A stretch of 64,000 bases of DNA from an uncultured Chloroflexia bacterium (GTDB lineage: Bacteria > Chloroflexota > Anaerolineae > CG2-30-64-16): contig CAWAOA010000010.1 of the NCBI GenBank assembly GCA_963783655.1, positions 71,054 to 135,053 on the forward strand. Reading direction: 5' to 3'. Every line of letters starts with the position of its first letter. Within the stretch, counting starts at the first letter, position 1. The notes under the pieces were generated by a model. It was not told the origin of the DNA. It saw only the letters and a program-made list of their open reading frames with translations, and did not search any database. A program made the position numbers and the translations under genes. Shown here in pieces: positions 53,060 to 61,847 of this stretch.

Positions 53060-54276
53060 ATGGAGACATCCGGCGCTCTGACCGCGCGCGAGCGCGTGCT
53101 GAGCGCTCTTGCCCACCGGGAGCCCGACCGCGTGCCCTTCGACCTGGGGGCGACCGGCAGCACCGGCATTCAGGCGCCCGCCTACGCGGCGCTGCGGGCC
53201 GCTCTCGGCTTGCCCCAGACCGAAGTCCGCGTGGTGGACGTCTTCCAGCAGCTCGCCCATGTGGACGACGACGTGGCCGCCCGGCTGGGCGTGGACGCAC
53301 GCAACGTGGCGCCGCGCTCGACCTCGATTTTTCGTCTGACCGTTCAGGATGCAGGCGACTACGAGGTGATCTATGACCAGTTCGGCATCGGCCGCAAGCG
53401 GCCCAAGGACGGAGGCCGGTATTACGACCTCTGTTACCACCCGCTGGCCGGCGAGATCGATGCGGGGACCATCGACCGCTTCCCGATGCCGGACCCGCTT
53501 GACCCGGCCCGGTTCGAGGGGTTGCAGGAGCGAGCCCGCTGCAGCAGCGGAAGGCGAGCGCAAGGCGGTAATCATCAGCAGCATCTGCGCCGGCATCACC
53601 GAGATGTGCGCCTTCCTCCGCGGTTTCCAGGACTACTATACCGACCTGGCGGCCGCCCCGCACCTGGCGGAACGCCTCATGGACCGGATCCTGGAATTCA
53701 AGCTGGCCTACTGGGAACGAGCCCTCAGCATTGCGGGGCCGTATGTGGATGTGGTGCAGGAAGCCGACGACCTGGCCGGCCAGCAGGGGTTGCTGCTCTC
53801 CCCGCGCACGTATCGAAAGCTCGTCAAGCCACGACACAAGGAGCTGTTCGACTTCATCCATGCCCGCACCGGCGCTCGCATCTTCCTGCACTCCTGTGGC
53901 GCGATCCGGCCGCTGATCCCAGACCTGATCGAGATCGGCGTCGATATATTGAACCCGGTGCAGGTAAGCGCGACACGGTATGGATACCCGCGAGCTGAAG
54001 CGGGAATTCGGACGCGATCTGGTATTCTGGGGCGGCGGCGTGGACACGCAGCACGTGCTGGGTTTCGGAACGCCGGGACAGGTGCGAGACGAAGTACGGC
54101 GCCGCCTGGACGACCTGATGCCGGGCGGGGGCTTTGTTTTTGCCACGGTCCACAATGTGCAAGGAGACGTGCCCGCGCCCAACCTGATTGCCATGTGGGA
54201 AACAGTGCAGGAGTATGGCGAATACGCAAGTGAGTCCAGGGTGAGGACTACATGCTCCAGGCACCATGACATGTAA
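53060..54276 (+). CDS. URO-D/MtaA-CmuA fold protein (frameshifts near 53540 and 53980)
   Basis: RERVLSALAHREPDRVPFDLG, EADDLAGQ.G..LSP, HSCG, DILNPVQ, FWGGGVDTQ, GGFVFATVHNVQ; end uncertain (54233 or 54276). Confidence 0.8.
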
Positions 54277-54366
54277 GATCCTACCCTGGACTCAGTTGCG
54301 TAACCGCCGCGCCCCTGGCCCACTCGAAAGGGCAAAGCGAGTAAGCGTGCTTTTGCAGGAGTATCC

Positions 54367-55866
54367 ATGAACCCACAGGAAGCATACGAAGAACTGGTCG
54401 CTCGTTCCAAGGAGCTCTACACCATCGGCAGCATCGACTCGTTGGTCTCCTGGGACCAGCAAGTCAACATGCCACCCAAGGGGATCAGCCACCGGGCGCG
54501 GATGATGTCTTACCTCGCGCAGGTGACACATCAGAAGGCGACCGATCCCAGGTTCGGCGAGTTATTGGACATCGCCGGGGCCGCAGAGTGGCCTGCCGGT
54601 CAGGCAGCCTGTCTCCGCGAGTGGCGTCGCAGCTACGATCTCGAGACCAAACTGCCCGAGGAGTTGGTGAAACGCAGGGCCGAGCTGACTGCCAACGCGG
54701 CTGCCGTGTGGGAGAAGGCGCGTCCGGAAAACGACTTTCCCGCCTTCGCCCCATACCTGTCGCAGTTGGTAGACCTGAGCCGTGAGATGGCGGACCTGCT
54801 GGGGTGGCAGGGGGAGCGGTACGACGCTCTACTCGACCTCTACGAGCCCGGCCTGACCACGGTTCGCTGTGAAGCGTTGTTCGGGGAGCTGCGAGATGCG
54901 CTGGTGCCGCTGCTGCAGCGGATCCAGGGATCGCCGCGCCAACCTGACGAGCGGCTTTTCGGCGATGCACGCTTCAGCCAGGAAGCGCAGCGCAGACTCG
55001 GCATCGAGATGAGCAAGGCGCTGGGTTTCGACTATGAGGCCGGAAGGCTGGACATCTCGGCGCATCCGTTCACCAGCCATGTCTTCCCCGGCGACGTGCG
55101 GCTCACAACCCGCTACAGCGAGCAGGAGCCGTTCCAGTCGATCATGGGGACCATCCACGAGGCCGGGCACGGTATGTACGAGCAGGGCCTGCCGCTCGAG
55201 CAGCTCGGGACTCCGCTGGCGCAAACCGTCAGCCTCGGCCTGCACGAGAGCCAGAGCCGCTTCTTTGAAAACAACATCGGGCGGAGCCGCGCCTTCTGGC
55301 GCTACTGGTTCCCACGTTTTCGAAGTGAATTCGGAGACGCCCTGGCCGGGGTGCAGTTCGACGACTTCTACGCCCTGCTGAATCGGGTGCAACCGTCGCT
55401 CATCCGCGTGGAAGCCGACGAGGTGACCTACAACCTGCACATCATGGTGCGCTTCGAGCTGGAGCGCGACCTGCTGCGTGGAAAGATGCAGTCCAGCGAC
55501 CTTCCCGACGCCTGGGTAGAGCGCTACCGCCAGTACCTGGGGATTGCGGTGCCTAACCACCGGCTGGGGGTGCTGCAGGACGTGCACTGGGCCTGGGGCT
55601 CCTTCGGCTACTTCCCCACCTATTCCCTGGGGACGATCTATGCCGGTCAGCTCGAAGCTGCGTTGCGCCGCGACGTACCAGACCTGGATTCGCAGTTGGA
55701 GCGAGGCGAGTTCGGTGCGCCGCTGGGATGGATGCGCGAACACGTGCACCGCTACGGGCAGCTCTACCGGCCGGATGCGTTGATCCAGCATGCCACCGGC
55801 GCGCTGCCCAGTGCGCGGGACTATATCGACTATCTAAACCAGAAATACGGCGAGTTGTACGGGTAA
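54367..55866 (+). CDS. M32 carboxypeptidase (Taq type)
   Basis: HPF, VRLTTR, HEAGH, HESQS, IRVEADE, QDVHW, GYFPTY. Confidence 0.95.
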   Translation: MNPQEAYEELVARSKELYTIGSIDSLVSWDQQVNMPPKGISHRARMMSYLAQVTHQKATDPRFGELLDIAGAAEWPAGQAACLREWRRSYDLETKLPEELVKRRAELTANAAAVWEKARPENDFPAFAPYLSQLVDLSREMADLLGWQGERYDALLDLYEPGLTTVRCEALFGELRDALVPLLQRIQGSPRQPDERLFGDARFSQEAQRRLGIEMSKALGFDYEAGRLDISAHPFTSHVFPGDVRLTTRYSEQEPFQSIMGTIHEAGHGMYEQGLPLEQLGTPLAQTVSLGLHESQSRFFENNIGRSRAFWRYWFPRFRSEFGDALAGVQFDDFYALLNRVQPSLIRVEADEVTYNLHIMVRFELERDLLRGKMQSSDLPDAWVERYRQYLGIAVPNHRLGVLQDVHWAWGSFGYFPTYSLGTIYAGQLEAALRRDVPDLDSQLERGEFGAPLGWMREHVHRYGQLYRPDALIQHATGALPSARDYIDYLNQKYGELYG

Positions 55867-55875
55867 GCTCTGCAC

Positions 55876-55911
55876 GGCGAGGGGCGAGCGACAGGCTGCT
55901 CGCCCCTCGCC
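55876..55911 (+). terminator. Stem-loop after M32 gene
   Basis: GGCGAGGGGCGAGC-N8-GCTCGCCCCTCGCC followed by AT-rich sequence. Confidence 0.55.
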
Positions 55912-56097
55912 GCCCGGATTATTTGCATATCGTATCTTAACGAAATTGCGACTGCTCCATTTTTAAGGTCCAGATATTTCCCCCATAACCGGTACAACTA
56001 TCCATCCAGACCACTAGCGGTCGCGTAGAACGGCTATTCCATCCAGGTTTACAGAACATAATGATATAGGTTTTATCTGCGACGTCGAGACTGGGGC

Positions 56098-56127
56098 TTG
56101 CGAGATGTTACCAGCACCTGCTATCAT
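56098..56127 (+). promoter_or_regulatory. Putative dnaA promoter
   Basis: TTGCGA-18 bp-TATCAT with TGn extension. Confidence 0.45.
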
Positions 56128-56373
56128 CTCGTTCGAGATGATAGACACCCGGCACCTCTGTGGGTGTATTGCGTGGGGAACCGCTTTCAGTTTACCAGCT
56201 TTGACAGTCCTCTAGCCTCACCGGTGTCGCTGAGGGGCGCCGGCCAGTAACGGATCAAACGTAGAACCGGTTGAACGGTTGGCATGGCAGGCATCCGCGG
56301 CTACGCCGCGCCTGTCCGGGGAGTGCGGTAACTGACAACAAGTACAAGCAGTGCTCAGGAAGGTGCGGACACA

Positions 56374-57765
56374 GTGCACGATACGGATATCTCCACCTTC
56401 GCCGGCGCCCGAGAGGCATGGGAGGTCGCGCGAAGCCAACTGCGCCTCCAGATGACCAAGAGCACGTATGACACCTGGGTGCGCGACACCACGTGCGTGG
56501 CCTATGAAGACAACAACTTCATCATTGCTGCCCCAAACGCCTATGCCAAAGACTGGCTGGCAAAGCGCCTTCGCCCTCTGATCAAACGCACTTTGACCAG
56601 CATTGTAGGCCGGTCGGTTGATCTGACATTCGTCGTGCAGAGCGTCCCGGCGCCCGAGCCTGCGGAGCCGGCTTCTCCGGCGCCGCTCCTGGAGATCGAG
56701 TCGGCAGCGCGTGCCAGCGGAGTCGCCGTGTTACCGGATGCGCCAAATCTCAGTGCACGCTACACGTTCGAAAACTTCGTCGTTGGGCCGTCAAACCACA
56801 TGGCGTATGCAGTTACCATGTCTGCAGCAGAATTGCCCGGACGCGAATACAATCCCCTTTTTCTATACGGCGGCGTGGGTCTTGGAAAGACGCACTTGCT
56901 GCAAGCGGCAGGTAACGCGCTGCAGGCGGCCGGGCGCAGAGTGCTGTACGTTTCCTCCGAGTACTTCACCAACGAGCTGATCAGCGCCATACGAACACAG
57001 TCTACCGAGCAGTTTCGGGCCAAGTATCGATCGAGCGATGTGCTTCTGATCGACGACGTACAGTTCATCGGCGGGAAGGAACAGACGCAGGAAGAGTTCT
57101 TCCACACTTTCAACGCGCTGCATTCCGCCAACCGGCAAATCGTGATGACGAGTGACAAGCCGCCGCAGGCGATAACCACACTAGAGGAGCGTTTGCGCTC
57201 CCGATTTGCCTGGGGCATGATCGCTGACATCCAACCGCCCAGCCTGGAAACGCGTATAGCCATCCTGCAGATGAAGGCCGCTACCCTCGGCTCGCGCGTC
57301 TCAGATGAGGTGTTGACCCTGATCGCGCAACGAGCATTCAAGAATATCCGTGACCTCGAAGGCGCCCTCATCCGCGTGCTCACGCAATCGCGCCTGCTGA
57401 ACCGGCCGCTCACGGTTGGCCTCGTCGAGGACGCGCTGGGCTACCTGGCGCCTTCGCAAAGCAAGCTGAGCCTGGAAGGGATTCTTGAGGTGGCGGCAAA
57501 CTACTTCGGGGTGCCGGTGGCCGAGCTTACCGGCCGCAGTCGCAGCGCCCGCATTGCGCAACAGCGACAGTTGGTGATGTACTTGATGCGTGAGGAAACC
57601 AGCGCCTCCCTGCCACAAATAGGCGCGGCGCTCGGCAATCGGGACCATACCACGGTTATGTACGGCTACGAGCGGATCGCGCAAGACGTCAACAGCGACG
57701 CCGACCTGAACCGCCAGATGGTCGAGCTGCGGGAACGACTGTACCAGCCAGTACGCATAAAATAG
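56374..57765 (+). CDS. dnaA: Chromosomal replication initiator DnaA
   Basis: YTFENFVVG..N, YNPLFLYGGVGLGKTHLL, LLIDDVQF, QEEFFHTFN, RLRSRF.WG, IRDLEGAL, RDHTTV. Confidence 0.97.
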   Translation: MHDTDISTFAGAREAWEVARSQLRLQMTKSTYDTWVRDTTCVAYEDNNFIIAAPNAYAKDWLAKRLRPLIKRTLTSIVGRSVDLTFVVQSVPAPEPAEPASPAPLLEIESAARASGVAVLPDAPNLSARYTFENFVVGPSNHMAYAVTMSAAELPGREYNPLFLYGGVGLGKTHLLQAAGNALQAAGRRVLYVSSEYFTNELISAIRTQSTEQFRAKYRSSDVLLIDDVQFIGGKEQTQEEFFHTFNALHSANRQIVMTSDKPPQAITTLEERLRSRFAWGMIADIQPPSLETRIAILQMKAATLGSRVSDEVLTLIAQRAFKNIRDLEGALIRVLTQSRLLNRPLTVGLVEDALGYLAPSQSKLSLEGILEVAANYFGVPVAELTGRSRSARIAQQRQLVMYLMREETSASLPQIGAALGNRDHTTVMYGYERIAQDVNSDADLNRQMVELRERLYQPVRIK

Positions 57766-57772
57766 CTTCAGC

Positions 57773-57822
57773 TGTGGATAAGTAGCCCTTTATTGGGGAT
57801 AACTTAACAATAATGTGGATAA
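57773..57822. promoter_or_regulatory. Cluster of three co-oriented DnaA boxes
   Basis: TGTGGATAA (57773), TGGGGATAA (57794), TGTGGATAA (57814) in an AT-rich patch. Confidence 0.8.
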
Positions 57823-57994
57823 CCTTGGCACGCCCTGGCCGGACGTGCGTTTTTGGCGTTAAGGCCGGTCGTGGTTTGACTGCGGGGTCATGAAGGCGCC
57901 CTGGCGGGCCGGCGCCGTGTACGAATACCGGTCAACTGGAGTATAATCATGCGTACGGCGGGGCTCGCCGCCATCCTTGGCTCTGGAGGCATTC

Positions 57995-58813
57995 ATGGAC
58001 GGTATTATCAACTTCTTGATGACCTTTGGCATTCTCATCCTGGCCATCTTCACGATCTTCAGCTCAGCCGTCAAGATTGTCCAGGAGTACGAACGCGGCG
58101 TCATTTTCCGGCTCGGGCGGCTGGTGGGGCCGCGTGGCCCGGGTCTTTTCTTCATCGTCCCCTTTGTCGACCGGATGGTAAAGGTGGACCTGCGTACGAT
58201 CACGCTGGACATCCCGGCGCAGGAAGCAATCACGCGCGATAACGTGACGGTGAAGGTAAACGCGGTAGCCTACTTCCGCGTCGTCGATCCCTCGCGCGCC
58301 ATCGTAGCGATCGAGGATTACCGCCGCGCTACCTGGCAGATCGCACAGACCAGCCTGCGCAGTGTGCTCGGCCAGTCAGACCTGGACGAGCTGCTCATCC
58401 ACCGCGCCAAGATCAACCAGGAATTGCAAACGATCATCGACGAACAGACCGAGCCGTGGGGGATCAAGGTCAGCATCGTCGAAGTGAAGGACGTGGAGCT
58501 GCCTGATACGATGAAGCGGGCCATGGCCAAGCAGGCTGAAGCGGAACGCGAGAAGCGCGCCAAAATCATCCATGCCGAAGGTGAATTCGTGGCATCGGAC
58601 CAGTTGCGCCTGGCGGCAGGTGTGATCGGAAGAGAGCCTGGCGCTCTACAGTTGCGCTACCTGCAGACCCTCACTGAGATTGCTGTCGAGAAGAACTCCA
58701 CGATCATCTTCCCGCTGCCGATCGAGTTCTTCAGCGCCTTCAAGACTTTCGTCGAAAACCCTGGAATTCCTGCTCCTGCCGTGATCAAGTCTGACGACAA
58801 TCAAGAGGGGTAA
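57995..58813 (+). CDS. Slipin/stomatin (SPFH) protein
   Basis: EYERGVIFRLGR, GPGLFF, TRDNV, EPWGIKV, AEAEREKRAK, LQLRYLQTL. Confidence 0.93.
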   Translation: MDGIINFLMTFGILILAIFTIFSSAVKIVQEYERGVIFRLGRLVGPRGPGLFFIVPFVDRMVKVDLRTITLDIPAQEAITRDNVTVKVNAVAYFRVVDPSRAIVAIEDYRRATWQIAQTSLRSVLGQSDLDELLIHRAKINQELQTIIDEQTEPWGIKVSIVEVKDVELPDTMKRAMAKQAEAEREKRAKIIHAEGEFVASDQLRLAAGVIGREPGALQLRYLQTLTEIAVEKNSTIIFPLPIEFFSAFKTFVENPGIPAPAVIKSDDNQEG

Positions 58814-58819
58814 CACGCG

Positions 58820-59413
58820 GTGGACGGGGAAGGTGCGGGCGGGCTAAGAGGCCCGCTGGGCGTATCGCTCGTGTGGGCGACGATTCTCGGCGCCGTGCTG
58901 CTGTTTACCGGCCGCCCGGCGCCGTCCTCGGTGTCTGTCACACCTGCCCGCACTGCCCGTCCGACGCTCGCTCCAACACTCACGCCGGCCCCGCTACGTA
59001 TCGACGTGGCCGGGGCCGTTCTGCGTCCGGGTGTCTACCGGCTGCCTGCAGGTAGCATCGTTGAGGACGCAATCCTCGTTGCAGGCGGGCTCGCCCCAGA
59101 CGCCGAGCCCGGTCGCATGAACAGGGCGGCGGCCTTGCGAGACACGATGCAGGTAGTCGTGCCGCGAAAGGGCGAAGCGCCGGCTAAGGATGCCACCCCC
59201 GGGCAAACGCGCCGTCCCGACCCTACCCCCGGTCTGGTTCACCTGAATTCGGCCACCATGGATCAACTAGAGGCGCTCGCCGGTATCGGTCCGGCGCTGG
59301 CGCAGCGCATTATCGAGGGGCGGCCCTACACGCAAGCTGAGGATCTGATGCGCGTGCGGGGGATCAGCAAGACCCTTTTCGAGCAGGTCCGGCCGTTTAT
59401 CACAGTGGAGTAG
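58820..59413 (+). CDS. comEA: ComEA-family DNA receptor (TM + SLBB + HhH)
   Basis: VAGAVLRPGVYRL, DAI..AGG, LNSAT..QLEALAGIGPALAQRII, VRGIS. Confidence 0.85.
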   Translation: MDGEGAGGLRGPLGVSLVWATILGAVLLFTGRPAPSSVSVTPARTARPTLAPTLTPAPLRIDVAGAVLRPGVYRLPAGSIVEDAILVAGGLAPDAEPGRMNRAAALRDTMQVVVPRKGEAPAKDATPGQTRRPDPTPGLVHLNSATMDQLEALAGIGPALAQRIIEGRPYTQAEDLMRVRGISKTLFEQVRPFITVE

Positions 59414-59471
59414 GGGAGAACGCGGGCAAAGCAGCGCCGGCTGAATTAAGAAGGGACGCGTGATAAAAATG

Positions 59472-59586
59472 GTAAGCTGCCCCACTCCGGCCTGAACGCC
59501 GATGGGGTATAAATTGCGTAGATTCTTCCTCCTCCTTTGCGCACGAACGCTGGGGCCTGAACAAAGCCCCGGCGTTCGTGTTTAAT
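59472..59586 (+). ncRNA. Candidate small RNA (hairpin - anti-SD linker - terminator hairpin)
   Basis: Two stem-loops both with CTGAAC loops flank TTCCTCCTCCTTT; the second is followed by TTT; possible TG-A-TAAAA(A)T promoter at 59461. Confidence 0.35.
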
Positions 59587-59589
59587 CGC

Positions 59590-60487
59590 TCAGGCAAATC
59601 CACTGTAGGTCAACGAGAAGTAGTCTTCGGGTGCAGGGATTGGCTTCTTGAGCAATTCTGCAGCAAGCTGCCCGCCCTCACCTGTCGTATCTTCGCTGTC
59701 GCCCAGAATGCGGCCCAGATCTCGCGCCCCTAACCGGCGCCCGATGGCGGCCAGCGCCACCAGCGCACCGCGCTGTTCCTGCTCGTCGAGCTCGGGCATC
59801 AACTCGGCAAGAACCGGCACGGTGGCTCCGTCGCCGCGCATCGATAGCATGGCAAACAGCTCGTAGAAAACGTGCCCCACGCGCCAGCAGCTCCTCGAGC
59901 AGGCGAGGAACGCGCGCATCGCCCAGATCACATAATCCCCACAGCGCACCGACAAAATCGGAGGAATCCAGGTCGTCTACTCGAGCCCGATAGAAGCTGT
60001 AGACGGAATCCGCCGCCTGTGGCGCGGGCGCCAGCCCGAGCACCACGCACGCCAGGCCACACGCATACGGATTGAGCTTGTCAAAGGTCCCGAGGAGCAG
60101 CTCGGCGCCGGGGGCGCCCAGCCAGCGCAGCTCCCCCAGCAGCCGCTGGGTGGCGGCACGCTGTGGCGCAGGCGGGTTGCCCTCCATAAGCGACGGTAAT
60201 GCTCGGGTCAGCTCACCCAGCAGCTCGCTATCGCCGTATTCACGCACCTTCTTGCGCCACAGCGGCTCGGCCAGCCCGGTCGCGTTCCCGGCGGCTGCCA
60301 GTAATTCGGGGAGGGTCGCGGCTTCCTTCACGTGGCGCACCCGCTCGCGATCGCGCAGCCAAAGCAGTGGCCGGGCACGCACGATCGCCTGCTCGGCGCG
60401 CTCCTCGGACTCGCGCGATAACAAAAGCGCGCGAAAGGCGGTCTGGGGGCTGGGCATCGGCAGTGGCGAGTTCTGTTTGCTCTCCAT
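59590..60487 (-). CDS. Hypothetical helical (HEAT-like) protein (frameshift near 59880)
   Basis: Joined ORFs 59678-60487 and 59590-59955; LACVVLG, GALWGL.DLGD, GALVALAAIG. Confidence 0.55.
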
Positions 60488-60492
60488 CAGCG

Positions 60493-61839
60493 TTACTCGG
60501 GGGGAACGTAGAAGTCGAGCAGGAACGAGTAGAAGGGCGCCTGCTCGACTTCTACGCCGCGGTAGCGAAGGATGGCAGCGCTCTCGGGCATAGCCACACG
60601 TCCGCCTGACACGCGCAGCCTTCCGCCGCCGAGCAACTCCTCATACTCGCCATCCGGCAGGCGCACGGCCAGCTCGCCGCCGCTGCCCTCGGTGTTGAAA
60701 ATGCCGTAGAGTCCGTGGCCGGGACAGATCCAGGCCGCCTGTGCGGCTCCGTCGGCGCCGAGCAGCACGAACTCACCGCGCTCCTGGGCTTCATCCTTCT
60801 TCAGCCTGGCCAGGGTCGTGAGGAACGGTTGTAGCTCGTATTCGCCCCAGGGCACTTTGTCCTCATCGAACAGCGAGGGCGTATGCGAGGCAGCCGACTC
60901 CTGACCGCCATAGATCAGGAAGGGACCGCGGTTGAACGCGGCGAAGGCCGTCCACGCCAGGGCCTGCGCACGCGTGGGCGCGAGCTTCGTGATGCGCGCC
61001 TGGTCGTGATTCTCCACGTAGCGCAGCTTGGCAAAACTGGCGGGATAGATGCCGTCCTGAAAGCGCAGCATCGTCAGATAGCGCTGCAACGGCTCGCGCC
61101 CGGCTACCACCGCCTGCCAGATGGGCCAGATATCGTAATCGTAGGTGATATCGAAGGCGCTGTAGAGCTCGCTGTCGGTGATGGCCACCAGACCGCGCTG
61201 CCGCCGGCGTGCAACCATGGCAGCGTACACCGATTCCGCCAGCCAGATCACGTCTGGTTTGACCCGGGCCACGGCTGCGCGTGCCCGCAGCCAGAACCGC
61301 TCGGGAACGAGAGAGGCAACGTCGCAGCGGAAGCCGTCCACACCAAATTCCGCCCATCCGCACAACGTCTCCACCAGGTAGTCCGCCAGTTCCTCGTGGT
61401 CGTAACGCAGATCCACCACGTCTGACCATTCAATCTCCGTGGGAGCCGGCTGCCCGTTGGCATCGCTGTGAAACCATTCCGGATGCGTTTGCGCCAGCCA
61501 CGAATCGGGGGACGTGTGATTGTACACCACGTCAATCATGACTTTCAGGCCCGCCGCGTGCGCCGCCTCGATCAGACGGCCGAAATCCTCACGTGTGCCG
61601 TACTCAGGATTCACCGCCCGGTAGTCGGCGATGGCATAAGGAGAGCCAAGTCGCCCCTTACGGTTGGCCATCCCGACCGGGTGGACCGGCATGAACCAGA
61701 CGATATCAACGCCCATGCTGCGGATGCGTGGCAAATCGGCCTCGACATCGGCGAACGTTCCATGCGGGCCGTGATTGCGTACGTACACCTCGTAAAGTAC
61801 GAGATTGCGGCAACTGCGCGGGGTCTCCGGCGCCATCAC
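60493..61839 (-). CDS. GH13 alpha-amylase family glycosidase
   Basis: LYEVYVR, GSPYAIADY..VNPEYG, DVVYNHT, DGFRCDVA, WLAE, VENHD. Confidence 0.92.
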   Translation of the reverse strand: MMAPETPRSCRNLVLYEVYVRNHGPHGTFADVEADLPRIRSMGVDIVWFMPVHPVGMANRKGRLGSPYAIADYRAVNPEYGTREDFGRLIEAAHAAGLKVMIDVVYNHTSPDSWLAQTHPEWFHSDANGQPAPTEIEWSDVVDLRYDHEELADYLVETLCGWAEFGVDGFRCDVASLVPERFWLRARAAVARVKPDVIWLAESVYAAMVARRRQRGLVAITDSELYSAFDITYDYDIWPIWQAVVAGREPLQRYLTMLRFQDGIYPASFAKLRYVENHDQARITKLAPTRAQALAWTAFAAFNRGPFLIYGGQESAASHTPSLFDEDKVPWGEYELQPFLTTLARLKKDEAQERGEFVLLGADGAAQAAWICPGHGLYGIFNTEGSGGELAVRLPDGEYEELLGGGRLRVSGGRVAMPESAAILRYRGVEVEQAPFYSFLLDFYVPPE

Positions 61840-61847
61840 TACACCCC

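Noticed and set aside
111-55791. Long antisense or alternate-frame ORFs (e.g. 111-1103, 26594-27775, 29893-31356, 43618-45228, 52298-53599)
   Set aside because: Shadow ORFs of GC-rich coding strands, with no motifs and overlapping well-supported genes.
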